Shown here piece by piece: positions 9,201 to 18,500 of a stretch of 64,000 nt of DNA. Source of the stretch: Flavobacteriia bacterium (lineage in GTDB: Bacteria > Bacteroidota > Bacteroidia > Flavobacteriales_D > Crocinitomicaceae); contig CANFHU010000014.1 of assembly GCA_947446925.1 (NCBI GenBank), forward strand, positions 409-64,408, written 5' to 3'. Each line of letters begins with the position of its first letter. Position 1 is the stretch's first letter. The position numbers and the translations under genes are program-made. A model generated the notes under the pieces. That model searched no databases and was not told where the DNA came from. It was given only the letters and a program-made list of their open reading frames with translations.

Positions 9201-9650
9201 GAAGAATTGACGGAGTTAGTCGAAGAAGCAGTATTGGCTGAATTTGATCGTATTACGGAACGTGGAGGCGTACTAGGAGCAATGGAAACGATGTACCAAC
9301 GCTCTAAAATTCAAGAAGAATCGTTGTATTATGAAACATTAAAACACACAGGAGAATATCCAATTATTGGAGTAAATACCTTCTTGAGTTCTAAAGGTTC
9401 TCCAACAATTATTCCAAGTGAAGTGATTCGTGCAACAGAAGAAGAGAAACAATATCAAATTTCGATGTTAGAAGTCTTACACGATTTCAAAAAAGACGAT
9501 ACAGCGAAAACGATACGTGACGTGCAGTTAGCAGCAATCCACAATAAAAATGTTTTTGAAACCTTAATGGAAGCTTGTAAACATTCTTCTTTAGGGCAGA
9601 TAACAAATGCTTTGTTTGAAGTTGGTGGTCAGTATAGAAGAAATATGTAA
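6270..9650 (+). CDS. icmF: Fused isobutyryl-CoA mutase (B12-binding domain + MeaB-like GTPase + mutase domain)
   Basis: 1126 aa. N-terminal B12 motif DGHDAAIN...GH, P-loop [13 protein letters not shown] with NKFD, and a C-terminal methylmalonyl-CoA-mutase-like barrel. The domain order matches IcmF. Confidence 0.9.
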   Translation: MDPITPYKPVNKVRIVTAASLFDGHDAAINIMRRIIQTTGCEVIHLGHDRSVEEVVDCAIQEDAQAIAMTSYQGGHNEYLKYMYDLLREKGAPHIKIFAGGGGTILPSEIEELHGYGITRIYHPDDGRSMGLQGMINDLVQKSDFPLGNKTDLDLSKLEQKHVPTIASVISAAENYPEESKGMLDAVHKLAENSTVPVLGITGTGGAGKSSLVDELVRRFVLDFPEKTIAVVSVDPSKRKTGGALLGDRIRMNAIKNKRVYMRSLATRQSNLALSKHVAEAILVLKAAKYDLIILETSGIGQSDTEILDHSDVSLYVMTPEYGAATQLEKIDMLDFADVIALNKFDKRGALDALRDVRKQYQRNHNLWDKNTDDMPVYGTIASQFNDPGMNTLYSVIIQTMNEKTSASLTSSFQVTDEMSEKIFVIPPDRTRYLSEISENNRGYDKWVDQQVEVANKLFGLQKSIETVSKLSIDDKDRIVKGLQESFELEKLNIDPKNLLILENWEAKKALYKDPIFRFKVRDKELTLETHTTSLSGSQIPKIALPKYTSWGDILRWNLQENVPGEFPYTAGLFPFKREGEDPTRMFAGEGGPERTNKRFHYVSLGMPAKRLSTAFDSVTLYGNDPDVRPDIYGKIGNSGVSVCCLDDAKKLYSGFDLSDPKTSVSMTINGPAPILLGFFMNAAIDQNCEKYIHANGLAEEVNAKIEAIYKAKNTERPRYQGELPEGNDGLGLFLLGVTGDQVLPADVYAKIKAETLAQVRGTVQADILKEDQAQNTCIFSTEFALRLMGDVQAYFIDQKVRNFYSVSISGYHIAEAGANPISQLAFTLANGFTFVEYYLSRGMDINDFGPNLSFFFSNGIDPEYAVIGRVSRRIWAKAMAKKYGANPRAQMLKYHIQTSGRSLHAQEIDFNDIRTTLQALYAIYDNCNSLHTNAYDEAITTPTEESVRRAMAIQLIINRELGLAKNENPLQGSFIIEELTELVEEAVLAEFDRITERGGVLGAMETMYQRSKIQEESLYYETLKHTGEYPIIGVNTFLSSKGSPTIIPSEVIRATEEEKQYQISMLEVLHDFKKDDTAKTIRDVQLAAIHNKNVFETLMEACKHSSLGQITNALFEVGGQYRRNM

Positions 9651-9696
9651 TTTACGCTTGAATTATACATGGTTAGTTATGAATTATTGTAAATAG

Positions 9697-10479
9697 ATGT
9701 TACACCACATCATATATAAACACGAAAATACGAATGCACCTTGGGTAGTTTTTATCCATGGTGCTGGAGGTAGTTCTACAATTTGGTTCAAACAAATCAA
9801 TGCGTATCGGAAAGAATATAATCTGTTATTGATTGATTTACGTGGACATGGTAGAACAAAAGTGGATGAAGTCGTAAATAAACGTTTGGTTTATTCTTTT
9901 CCTTCGATCGCGCAAGAAGTATATGATGTTTTAGATTTTAATAAAATTGATCGTGCAAATTTCGTAGGAGTTTCATTGGGAACCATTCTCATTCGTCAAC
10001 TGGTGGAACTAGATCCTTCGCGAATTCATTCCATGATAATGTCTGGTGCGATTATCAGTCTTACCAATTTCTCTCGTTTTTTAATTATTGTAGGTAACAC
10101 ACTTAAAAAAGTGGTTCCTTTTATGTTTTTATATACTTTATTTGCGGTAATTATATTACCTAGAAGAAATCATGCTAAATCACGTGCTGTGTTTATTCAT
10201 GAAGCAAAAAAGATGAAAAAATCCGAGTTTATACGCTGGTTTGGTATTACTCGTTATTTGGATACATTATTGAAACGTTTCCAAAAAGAACCACATGGTT
10301 TACCGAATTTATTCATTTCTGGTAGACAAGACCACATGTTTATCGAAGATGTGAAGAAAATGGCAAAACTAGAGCCGCATGGAACAATGGCTGTGGTAGA
10401 AAATTGTGGTCACATCGTAAACATCGAACAAGCAGAAGAATTTAATCGCGTGACCTTGGATTGGTTGCGAAAGAGATGA
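9697..10479 (+). CDS. Alpha/beta hydrolase
   Basis: HGAGGSS, nucleophile elbow GVSLGT, and a C-terminal GHIVNIE histidine motif. Confidence 0.8.
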   Translation: MLHHIIYKHENTNAPWVVFIHGAGGSSTIWFKQINAYRKEYNLLLIDLRGHGRTKVDEVVNKRLVYSFPSIAQEVYDVLDFNKIDRANFVGVSLGTILIRQLVELDPSRIHSMIMSGAIISLTNFSRFLIIVGNTLKKVVPFMFLYTLFAVIILPRRNHAKSRAVFIHEAKKMKKSEFIRWFGITRYLDTLLKRFQKEPHGLPNLFISGRQDHMFIEDVKKMAKLEPHGTMAVVENCGHIVNIEQAEEFNRVTLDWLRKR

Positions 10480-10495
10480 GAAAAAATTATCTTTG

Positions 10496-11470
10496 ATGCT
10501 ATCAAATGATACTATCATGAAGCCACCTTACGATATTACTCCATTAATTTTAAAGTTAATTTCGTCCATTTCGTCCAAATTAGGAGAGGTTAATGCTACC
10601 TATTTAAGTAAACAATCCCCTCAATTAAGAAAGCAAAATAGAATTAAGACCATACATTCTTCCTTACAAATTGAAGGAAATACACTTACCCAAGAACAGA
10701 TTACTGCATTACTAGAAAACAAAAAAGTAATTGGACCAAAAAAAGATGTTTTGGAGGTGTTAAATGCGATTGAATTATATGAACAATTGAATCAATTTAA
10801 GTATGCCTCGGACACCCATTTTTTGAAAGCTCATGGATTATTAATGAAAGGATTAGTGGATAATCCTGGTAAATATCGAACAAAGGGAGTGGGAATAGTA
10901 AAAGGAAATGATGTGGAGCATATCGCGCCTCCTGCGGATAAAGTTCCTTTTTTGATGAAAGATTTATTTACGTATTTAAAAGATGAGGATGAATTAACCT
11001 TGATAAAAAGCTGTGTATTTCATTATGAGATGGAATTTATTCATCCTTTTTTAGATGGAAATGGTAGGATGGGTAGGTTTTGGCAAACATTGATTTTAAG
11101 TAATGAATTTCCAGTTTTTGAATTTTTACCTTTTGAAACCTTAATTAACGAATCGCAAAACGATTATTACCAAGCGCTTTCAATGAGTGATAAAATGGGT
11201 AAATCAACTATTTTTATTGAGTACATATTAGGAGTCATTAACACATCTTTAGAGCGTATTCTAAATTATAATAACAGAATTCTCAAAGACATAGATCGCA
11301 TTGAATATTTTGTTTCTTTAGGTAAACAAGTGTTTACTCGAAAGGATTATATGAACACATTTAAAGAATTGTCTTCGGCAACAGCAAGTCGCGATTTAAA
11401 GAAAGGAGTAGAATTAAATCTTTTTGAAGTTTTTGGAAGTCAAAATCAAACTAAGTATAAGATAGTTTAA
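10496..11470 (+). CDS. Fic family protein (class II, N-terminal inhibitory helix) with C-terminal wHTH-like tail
   Basis: Fic motif HPFLDGNGRMGR (11042-11068). Inhibitory motif S-x-x-x-E-G in HSSLQIEGN (10658-10678). The start could also be 10493 or 10517. Confidence 0.9.
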   Translation: MLSNDTIMKPPYDITPLILKLISSISSKLGEVNATYLSKQSPQLRKQNRIKTIHSSLQIEGNTLTQEQITALLENKKVIGPKKDVLEVLNAIELYEQLNQFKYASDTHFLKAHGLLMKGLVDNPGKYRTKGVGIVKGNDVEHIAPPADKVPFLMKDLFTYLKDEDELTLIKSCVFHYEMEFIHPFLDGNGRMGRFWQTLILSNEFPVFEFLPFETLINESQNDYYQALSMSDKMGKSTIFIEYILGVINTSLERILNYNNRILKDIDRIEYFVSLGKQVFTRKDYMNTFKELSSATASRDLKKGVELNLFEVFGSQNQTKYKIV

Positions 11471-11588
11471 GTTGTTTATCCGTTTTATTCTTTTTCATTC
11501 CTTCAACGATTTAACAAAAACTTCACATCCTAGCTACGTTCGTACAATGTGGGGTATTTACTTTTACTTCAGAGGTTAATATATCCAA

Positions 11589-13202
11589 ATGGGGGAAGAG
11601 AACATGGAGAACTACGTTTGGTGGAAACACGGTGTTGTCTATCATTTATACGTTAGAAGTTTTAAGGATAGCAATCACGATGGAATCGGCGACTTACGAG
11701 GGGTTATTGAGCGTTTTGATTATTTGGTTCAATTAGGAATTAAAGCAATTTGGCTTTCTCCGATTTATGCATCTCCCATGAAAGATTACGGTTACGATAT
11801 TGTTAACTATCGGGCAATTGACCCTTCGTATGGTACCATGGAAGATTTTCAAGAACTCTTAGCACTCGCACATGCAAAGGATATCAAAATTGTAATGGAT
11901 ATGGTGATGAACCATACGTCCAACGAACATCCTTGGTTTGTGGAATCGCGTTCATCAATCGATAACCCCAAACGAGATTGGTATATCTGGAAAAACAAGC
12001 GCAATGGAAAAGTACCTACCAATTGGCGTTCTGCTTTTGGTGGTAGTGCTTGGGAGTGGGATGATGCTACCCAACAATATTATCTCCATAGTTTTTTGAA
12101 AGACCAGCCAGATTTAAATTGGCGAAATAAAGACTTACACCATGCATTTTTTGAGGAGATTCGATTTTGGCTAGACTTGGGCGTGGATGGATTCCGTTTG
12201 GATGTGATTAATTACATTGTGAAAGATGAAAAATTTCGGGACAATCCATTTATCAAATGGGGAAGACCTACCAAGGATCGCTTGTACAGTAGGAATAGAG
12301 GTTCTTCGATCAAAATTGTTCGAAAATTAAGGCAATTACTAGATACCTACGAAGATAAAATGTTGGTAGGTGAAATTTATACGCCACCTCCAGGAAATAA
12401 TGCGACTGTTATTAATTACCTCGGAGAAGGGGATAATGCATTGCACTTGGCTTTTGACTTTTCCTTGATTTTCCGTTTTTGGAATGCGAAGAAATATTAC
12501 AAATGCATTGAGGCCTGGGAAAATAATTTACCAGAAAAAGCCTGGCCGAGTTACGTTCTAAGTAACCATGATTTATTGCGGAGTTATAACCGACTAGGTA
12601 TTCGAAGAAATAAATTAGAAAAAGCACATATTGCAAGTATTTTACTGCTTACGCTTCGAGGAACACCTTTCGTTTATTATGGAGAAGAAATTGGGATGCA
12701 AAATCAGAAAATTCGCAGAAAACATATCAAAGACCCGTTAGGTAAAAAATATTGGCCGTTTTTTAGTGGAAGAGATAAATCGCGTACTCCCATGCAGTGG
12801 TCTGCAGAAGATTTTGGTGGTTTCTCAAGTGTCAAACCGTGGTTACCGATTAATCGTAATTTCTATCGTATCAATGTAGTAGAACAAGAAGGTGAATCTA
12901 ATTCATTATTAATACATTATAAGACATTAATCAAACTGCGAAATACACATTCAGCGCTTTCTCATGGGAATTTAACGTTCTTACAACAAGGAGAACAAGG
13001 AGTATTAGGGTACACGCGGATTTACGAAGAGCAAGAGATTTACATATTACTCAATTTTAATAATGCTAAACGGACGATTTCCATTCCAAGCGATGAGAAT
13101 TGGCAGTTACTTTATTCAACCCATCCACACGATGAAAAAACGTGTCAAGATTTTATCGATTTAGGGAAATATGAAGGATTGATATTGCTTAAAATAGATT
13201 GA
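11589..13202 (+). CDS. GH13 alpha-glucosidase / oligo-1,6-glucosidase-type alpha-amylase family protein
   Basis: WWKHGVVYHLYVRSFKDSNHDGIGDLRG, DMVMNHTS, GVDGFRLDVINY, EIY and NHD conserved regions. Confidence 0.85.
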   Translation: MGEENMENYVWWKHGVVYHLYVRSFKDSNHDGIGDLRGVIERFDYLVQLGIKAIWLSPIYASPMKDYGYDIVNYRAIDPSYGTMEDFQELLALAHAKDIKIVMDMVMNHTSNEHPWFVESRSSIDNPKRDWYIWKNKRNGKVPTNWRSAFGGSAWEWDDATQQYYLHSFLKDQPDLNWRNKDLHHAFFEEIRFWLDLGVDGFRLDVINYIVKDEKFRDNPFIKWGRPTKDRLYSRNRGSSIKIVRKLRQLLDTYEDKMLVGEIYTPPPGNNATVINYLGEGDNALHLAFDFSLIFRFWNAKKYYKCIEAWENNLPEKAWPSYVLSNHDLLRSYNRLGIRRNKLEKAHIASILLLTLRGTPFVYYGEEIGMQNQKIRRKHIKDPLGKKYWPFFSGRDKSRTPMQWSAEDFGGFSSVKPWLPINRNFYRINVVEQEGESNSLLIHYKTLIKLRNTHSALSHGNLTFLQQGEQGVLGYTRIYEEQEIYILLNFNNAKRTISIPSDENWQLLYSTHPHDEKTCQDFIDLGKYEGLILLKID

Positions 13203-13238
13203 TTTTTTAAATCTTCTAATCTGCAATTTGTCAATTTT

Positions 13239-13259
13239 ACCCTGAGTATATCGAAGGGC
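13239..13259. repeat. REP-like core ACCCTGAGTATATCGAAGGGC
   Basis: Shares the CTGAG-N4-TCGAAG core with the copy at 16049-16069. It is flanked on both sides by AATTTGTCAAT. Confidence 0.75.
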
Positions 13260-13334
13260 TGTAATTTGTCAATCTACAATGAAAATCTCCAGTTTTCTCC
13301 TTATTTTTACGCTCTATTTTCTTATATGCCTTAT

Positions 13335-14567
13335 ATGGTTCAAAATCCTAAAAACATACAAATCGCTGCATACAACTACAATCTACCCGACGAGCGTATC
13401 GCAAAATATCCATTGGCGGAGCGCGATTTATCCAAATTACTCGTGTACAAAACCGGAGAAATAGAAGAAAGTACCTATCGTAACCTTCCTTCGTTTTTAC
13501 CGAATGATTCCTTATTAATCTTTAATAATACGAAGGTAGTCGAAGCGCGTATGTTGTTTCACACGTTCACAGGTGCGGTGATTGAATTGTTTTACTTAGA
13601 GGCTGTTTCTGAGGTGATTGACGCTGCGATGGCGATGGGTTGTACCGGAACGATTGCAATCAAATGTTATGTAGGGAATGCGAAACGCTGGAAACATGGT
13701 CCCTTGAAACGAGAAGTGACTTGGAACGGACAAACCATCGAAGTGACAGTTTCAGAGAAAGAACGCGTTGCGGATTATTACCACGTGACCTTGTCATGGA
13801 CACCGGCAGAAGTTGTTTTTGCGGAGGTATTACATGCCTTTGGAAGTATTCCATTGCCACCTTACCTGAAACGCGAAACGGAAGCGAGTGACTTAGAACG
13901 TTACCAAACCGTTTTTGCGAAAGAATTAGGCTCGGTTGCTGCGCCAACTGCAGGACTTCATTTCACCGAAAACATTGTAGAAGAACTCACCCAAAAAGGA
14001 ATAGATACCACGCAGGTCACTTTACATGTAGGAGCAGGAACATTCAAACCTGTCAAAAGTGAATCGATTGGAGAACACGAAATGCACGGTGAATACTTAG
14101 ATGTTTCGATAGAAACTATCCAAAAATTATTGAATGCACTCGACACGAAAAAAATTGTAACGGTGGGAACAACCTCCACACGTACCATCGAAAGTTTGTA
14201 TTGGTTAGGAAGAAAAGTCTTTTTTCAACCAGAACTAACAAAAAATCAGTTGGTAGTAGGACAATGGGAGCCGTATGAAACGACAGATCTTTGTTCCTCT
14301 AAAGAAGCGTTAGAAGCCTTATTAACTTGGTTAGAACGCAATAAACTTTCTTCTATTTTATCCAAAACACAAATAATTATTGCACCAGGATACACCTTTC
14401 GTATCATCCATGGACTCATCACTAATTTCCATCAACCAGAAAGCACCTTATTGTTGTTGATTTCAGCCTTGATTGGCGAAGATTGGAAAAAAGTGTATGA
14501 TTATGCCTTGGAAAATGACTTCCGTTTTTTAAGTTATGGGGATGGTAGTTTGTTGTGGGGGAGGTGA
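13335..14567 (+). CDS. queA: S-adenosylmethionine:tRNA ribosyltransferase-isomerase
   Basis: YNYNLPDERIAKYPLAERD, LPPYLKRE, YQTVFA...GSVAAPTAGLHFT and TNFHQPESTLLLL. The start is the ATG at 13335 or 13326; the longer ORF runs through repeat sequence. Confidence 0.9.
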   Translation: MVQNPKNIQIAAYNYNLPDERIAKYPLAERDLSKLLVYKTGEIEESTYRNLPSFLPNDSLLIFNNTKVVEARMLFHTFTGAVIELFYLEAVSEVIDAAMAMGCTGTIAIKCYVGNAKRWKHGPLKREVTWNGQTIEVTVSEKERVADYYHVTLSWTPAEVVFAEVLHAFGSIPLPPYLKRETEASDLERYQTVFAKELGSVAAPTAGLHFTENIVEELTQKGIDTTQVTLHVGAGTFKPVKSESIGEHEMHGEYLDVSIETIQKLLNALDTKKIVTVGTTSTRTIESLYWLGRKVFFQPELTKNQLVVGQWEPYETTDLCSSKEALEALLTWLERNKLSSILSKTQIIIAPGYTFRIIHGLITNFHQPESTLLLLISALIGEDWKKVYDYALENDFRFLSYGDGSLLWGR

Positions 14568-14598
14568 TAATACTATTGTAATTTCACATTCTTTTTTG

Positions 14599-14606
14599 TA
14601 AATTTG
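14599..14606 (+). promoter_or_regulatory. Candidate -7 box TAAATTTG
   Basis: The TAnnTTTG match lies 21 nt upstream of the ATG at 14627. Confidence 0.4.
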
Positions 14607-14626
14607 TTAGTATAACAGTCTATATT

Positions 14627-14842
14627 ATGCAACAACTACTTTTAAATATTAGTGATACCAGTCAAGTTTCTAAACTTATGAGTTTGTTGAGTACCCTTAA
14701 TTATGTAAAGGTGGAACCCTATTGTGAGGAAAATTTGATTGTTTCAGAAATTGAAAAAAATCTAATGCGAGAAAGAGTTAGTAACGCAAAACCGGAAGAT
14801 TTTAATAATTGGGATAATTTTATTAATTCTTTCGATAAGTAG
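14627..14842 (+). CDS. Putative antitoxin of the adjacent ParE-like toxin
   Basis: 71-aa ORF located 6 nt upstream of the toxin gene. Its N-terminal pattern resembles the 15273 protein. Confidence 0.5.
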   Translation: MQQLLLNISDTSQVSKLMSLLSTLNYVKVEPYCEENLIVSEIEKNLMRERVSNAKPEDFNNWDNFINSFDK

Positions 14843-14848
14843 TTATTA

Positions 14849-15151
14849 ATGAAGGAATTCAATGTTGTTATTTTGCCTCAAGCAGAAGATGATTTTCGAG
14901 ATGCTTTCAACTATTACAGTGAAATAAATCAAAAACTCGGAAAACGATTTATCAAAATCACAAAGTCTTCGGTAAATGATTTGAAGAAAATGCCGCTTTA
15001 TCAAGTTAAATATGATGAAATTAGACTTCGAATTATTCATAAGTTTCCATATGCAATACATTTCTCAGTAAATGAAGAACTAAACCTCATTTATATTTGG
15101 GGATTTCGTTATGCTCCTTCTAATCCTGAAAATTGGCCTAGAACGAAGTGA
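14849..15151 (+). CDS. Type II toxin-antitoxin system RelE/ParE family toxin
   Basis: 100 aa. ILPQAEDDFRDAFNYY...RLRIIHKFPYAIHFSV...LIYIWGFRY is the typical ParE pattern. Confidence 0.8.
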   Translation: MKEFNVVILPQAEDDFRDAFNYYSEINQKLGKRFIKITKSSVNDLKKMPLYQVKYDEIRLRIIHKFPYAIHFSVNEELNLIYIWGFRYAPSNPENWPRTK

Positions 15152-15272
15152 TTTTAATAATTTTGTTTAAAGAGATCGTGAAGGAATAAAAGCCCAGCAC
15201 AGCGTGATAAATAATTTGAACACAATCATTTTTTTCGTAAGTTTGAGTATCATTAATTTAATTTTCTGAATC

Positions 15273-15506
15273 ATGCGTATTACATTAGACATACAAGATG
15301 GGAAGGCATTAGCTTTTTTAAACTTTATCCAAAGTCTAGATTTTGTTACGATTAATTCAGAAGAATCTGCAAACGAAAAAGAGTTTCTTCTTTCGGATGA
15401 ACAATTAAAATTATTAGAAGAAAGACGCAACGATCGTATGCAAGGAAAGAGTCAAACGTATTCCTGGGATGAGGTTGTTTCATCACTAAAAAACCGTGTT
15501 AAATAA
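15273..15506 (+). CDS. Addiction-module antitoxin-like protein without a partner toxin
   Basis: 77 aa. N-terminal ITLDIQDGKALAFLNFIQSLDFVTI is paralogous in pattern to 14627. The C-terminal half is charged. No toxin ORF follows. Confidence 0.5.
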   Translation: MRITLDIQDGKALAFLNFIQSLDFVTINSEESANEKEFLLSDEQLKLLEERRNDRMQGKSQTYSWDEVVSSLKNRVK

Positions 15507-15558
15507 GTAAAATTCAAGAATGAAGAAGGAGCTCAGGATTAAGTGGATTACTAATTGT

Positions 15559-16071
15559 TTAAATGCAATCATTTATTTCTAACTTAAAAAAACCAACTTC
15601 TAAATTAATTTCATACTTCCCGTGATATAGTTTTTCTTCTTTGATTTTAATTTCCCAATTACCTTCAAATTCATTGGACTGAGTATTTAAATAACCATCA
15701 TAAATGACATCATGTCCTTTCTTGTATGGATCAAATACTATTTCGGTTTCGTCTTCTGATAAATAATATGAAAATGGATATGATTTTACAAATGAAATGT
15801 GATCTCCGTCAATAAATCCTTTTATATAGACTTTTTCATTTGTGACATCAGTAAATTCTTCTTCTGAAATAGATCCTTCAAAACTGCCATTTATCATCAC
15901 TATTTTTCCTTCAAACAAAAAACTATCTATAAAGTCATTTGAATAACTAAATGCTCCATTTATTTTCTTTTCTAATTGTTCGTCCTTTTTCAAATCAATA
16001 ATTTTTTCCTCTAGCTGAAATATTATCCCTGCACCATTTTCAAATTTTACCCTGAGCCTGTCGAAGGGCAA
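15559..16071 (-). CDS. Hypothetical protein (start uncertain)
   Basis: 170-aa ORF. The first residues, MPFDRLRV, are a translation of the REP-like repeat, so the true start is probably internal. Confidence 0.35.
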   Translation of the reverse strand: MPFDRLRVKFENGAGIIFQLEEKIIDLKKDEQLEKKINGAFSYSNDFIDSFLFEGKIVMINGSFEGSISEEEFTDVTNEKVYIKGFIDGDHISFVKSYPFSYYLSEDETEIVFDPYKKGHDVIYDGYLNTQSNEFEGNWEIKIKEEKLYHGKYEINLEVGFFKLEINDCI

Positions 16072-16109
16072 CTAATCTTCAAATTTTCAAATTAACTAAT
16101 CTTCAAATC
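16049..16109. repeat. REP-like core ACCCTGAGCCTGTCGAAGGGC plus AACTAATCTTCAAAT word repeats
   Basis: The core is at 16049-16069. AACTAATCTTCAAAT occurs twice. The 28-nt string at 16082-16109 is identical to 39967-39994. Confidence 0.85.
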
Positions 16110-17305
16110 GATCCAATCTCCCTCATATACATCTCCTCGTCAAATTCCTTCTCACTTTTTGCAATCACCAAGGTTGCGACACCATTACCAATAATGTTTG
16201 TAATCGCGCGCGATTCACTTAAGAATTTATCTACTCCTAATAAGAACGCTAAGCCTTCCACGGGGATTTTGTTGTGTAAAGAAGCTAGGGTAGAGGCTAA
16301 TACCACGAATCCACTTCCGGTGACACCTGCTGCACCTTTGGAGGTAATCATCAATAAGCCGATGATGAATAAAATTTCTCCGAAAGAAAGGTGAACATTG
16401 AATAATTGGGCAATGAAAATGACGGACATCGATAAGTAGATGGCAGTTCCGTCGAGGTTGAACGAATAGCCTGTTGGAACAACCAAACGAACTACAGACG
16501 CTTTACAACCTAGTTTCTCCAATTTCTCCATCAAGTTTGGGAGGGCAGTTTCAGAGGAGGATGTACCAAAAACAATTCCGATTTCCTCACGGATGTATTT
16601 TAAGAATTTCCAAAGGTTCAACTTGTAGATCCATAGGATGAATCCAAGAATTAAGAACACAAACATAAACATGGATAAGTAAACACTACCAACAAGTTTT
16701 CCAAGAGGTAACAAGGTGTGAATTCCATATTTTCCTACCGCACCTGCGATGCCTCCAAAAGCACCTAGTGGCGCTAAATACATCACCATTTTTAAAATTT
16801 TGAAGACAAATTTGGAGGCTTTGTCCAATTTTTCGACTATGACTTCACGTTTGGGAGAATAGGTTAAAATAATTCCATAAGCAATCGCTAAGCACAAAAC
16901 GATGATGCTCAAGTTGTTTAGGATGAATTTTCCGATGGAGAATTCTGGTTTCTTCGTGTATTTTGTAATGTCGTTTTCGGCCAATAAGGAAATGTCGATG
17001 TGCCCCGGTTTGAGGACATACGCCAAAACAATACCGATGGTCAATGCGAGTGTGGTTACAATCTCAAAATAAATCAAGGATTTTAACCCAATTTTCCCGA
17101 CTTTCTTCAGGTTACCAATGGAACTAATGCCCAATACCACCGTTAAGAATATAATTGGAACGACAAAGATTTTAATGATGGTGACAAAAGCTTCTCCAAC
17201 CACTTTCATTTTTACACCTAGTTCAGGATTGTAATGTCCCAAGGCGATACCAGCAATTAAAGCTAGTAATACGTAGAATGTTAAGTGGGTGAATATCTTT
17301 TTCAT
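16103..17305 (-). CDS. Dicarboxylate/amino acid:cation symporter (DAACS family)
   Basis: 400 aa, multi-pass, with the SSSETALP motif and a glycine-rich reentrant loop. Confidence 0.85.
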   Translation of the reverse strand: MKKIFTHLTFYVLLALIAGIALGHYNPELGVKMKVVGEAFVTIIKIFVVPIIFLTVVLGISSIGNLKKVGKIGLKSLIYFEIVTTLALTIGIVLAYVLKPGHIDISLLAENDITKYTKKPEFSIGKFILNNLSIIVLCLAIAYGIILTYSPKREVIVEKLDKASKFVFKILKMVMYLAPLGAFGGIAGAVGKYGIHTLLPLGKLVGSVYLSMFMFVFLILGFILWIYKLNLWKFLKYIREEIGIVFGTSSSETALPNLMEKLEKLGCKASVVRLVVPTGYSFNLDGTAIYLSMSVIFIAQLFNVHLSFGEILFIIGLLMITSKGAAGVTGSGFVVLASTLASLHNKIPVEGLAFLLGVDKFLSESRAITNIIGNGVATLVIAKSEKEFDEEMYMREIGSI

Positions 17306-17310
17306 CGGAA

Positions 17311-18024
17311 TTAACTTAAACGTCCAATTAAGAACATGGTTGGAATTTTAGAAAGATCATAGGCATTTTCTCTCCAGTCTTTCACGCGCATGGTTCGCAC
17401 CGACTCGTCGTGGATGGTTAAATCTGAAGCGATACTCACGTAGGTTTCGTCCATTAATTCATTCAACATGTCTTCTAGTATATGCATGTTACGAAATGGT
17501 GTATCCATGAAAATATGGGTCATACGTGTTTTGCGCGCAGAGATTTCAAATTCGCGTAATTTACGGATACGCTCTTTACGTTCACGTGGCAAATATCCGT
17601 GGAACGTGAATTCTTGTCCGTTGAAACCACTTCCAATCAACGCCAATAGGATGGAAGAAGGACCCACTAATGGACCTACACGCAATCCTTGTTGATGTGC
17701 TAACGATACCAAGTTCGCGCCTGGATCAGCGATTCCTGGACAACCAGCTTCCGAAATGATACCTACATTGTTTCCTTCACGAATTGGAACCAACATTTTG
17801 TTTAAGTCCTCTGGAGCAGTATTGTTTTTTAAAACGAAGAACGTAGAATCGTCAATTGGGAATTCACGGTCTAGTTTACGCAAATAACGTCTAGCGCTTT
17901 TGATGTCTTCCACTGCGAAAAAACGCAAGCCACGGATCAATTCGATCACATCAGCTGGTATAATATCTTTGGTACTTTCTCCTCCTAAGGTTGTTGGAAC
18001 TAAATAAAGTTTTCCTTGACTCAT
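17311..18024 (-). CDS. Tetrapyrrole-methylase-fold SAM-dependent methyltransferase (RsmI-like)
   Basis: LYLVPTTLG... and EAGCPGIADPG motifs. Confidence 0.75.
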   Translation of the reverse strand: MSQGKLYLVPTTLGGESTKDIIPADVIELIRGLRFFAVEDIKSARRYLRKLDREFPIDDSTFFVLKNNTAPEDLNKMLVPIREGNNVGIISEAGCPGIADPGANLVSLAHQQGLRVGPLVGPSSILLALIGSGFNGQEFTFHGYLPRERKERIRKLREFEISARKTRMTHIFMDTPFRNMHILEDMLNELMDETYVSIASDLTIHDESVRTMRVKDWRENAYDLSKIPTMFLIGRLS

Positions 18025-18491
18025 ATTAATGTGTTGTTTTTTATTTTTTGAATAATTGTGTTTGTTGCTTTGTCTACAAGATCATATACGTGTTCAAAGT
18101 CTTTGCTGGTTCCGTAATATGGATCTGGCACATTCGCTTCATCTTGGTCCGATATTTCACTTAAAAGCAAATGCACTTTTTGTTTGTCTTCGGTTGTTTT
18201 AGCCAACGAGAGAATATCGCGTTTGTTGTTTTTGTCCATCGCAAAAATCACGTCGAACTTTTCGAAATCCGCAACCGTAAATTGACGCGCTTTCAAAAAA
18301 CTAATGTCCGTACCGCGATTTTTAGCAGTTGCAATCATCCGTGAATCCGGCGCTGAACCAGCATGTAAACCAATGGTTCCTGCTGAATCTACCTCCACAT
18401 CCAAATGTTCTTCGTTGACTTTTTGGCGTAACAATCCGTCCGCGATTGGCGAACGACAAATATTACCCAAACAAACCATTAAAATTTTCAT
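18021..18491 (-). CDS. Low-molecular-weight protein-tyrosine phosphatase
   Basis: CLGNICRS P-loop near the N-terminus and DPYY near the C-terminus. Confidence 0.85.
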   Translation of the reverse strand: MKILMVCLGNICRSPIADGLLRQKVNEEHLDVEVDSAGTIGLHAGSAPDSRMIATAKNRGTDISFLKARQFTVADFEKFDVIFAMDKNNKRDILSLAKTTEDKQKVHLLLSEISDQDEANVPDPYYGTSKDFEHVYDLVDKATNTIIQKIKNNTLI

Positions 18492-18500
18492 GTAACTAGA

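Noticed and set aside
15167-15430. 87-aa minus-strand ORF.
   Set aside because: It overlaps the better-supported antitoxin-like gene on the plus strand and has no motif or promoter support.
15507-15558. Remnant of a toxin gene downstream of the orphan antitoxin (ATG at 15520, 18 codons).
   Set aside because: It is too short and has no recognisable RelE/ParE residues to call a pseudogene. It is mentioned only in the related finding.
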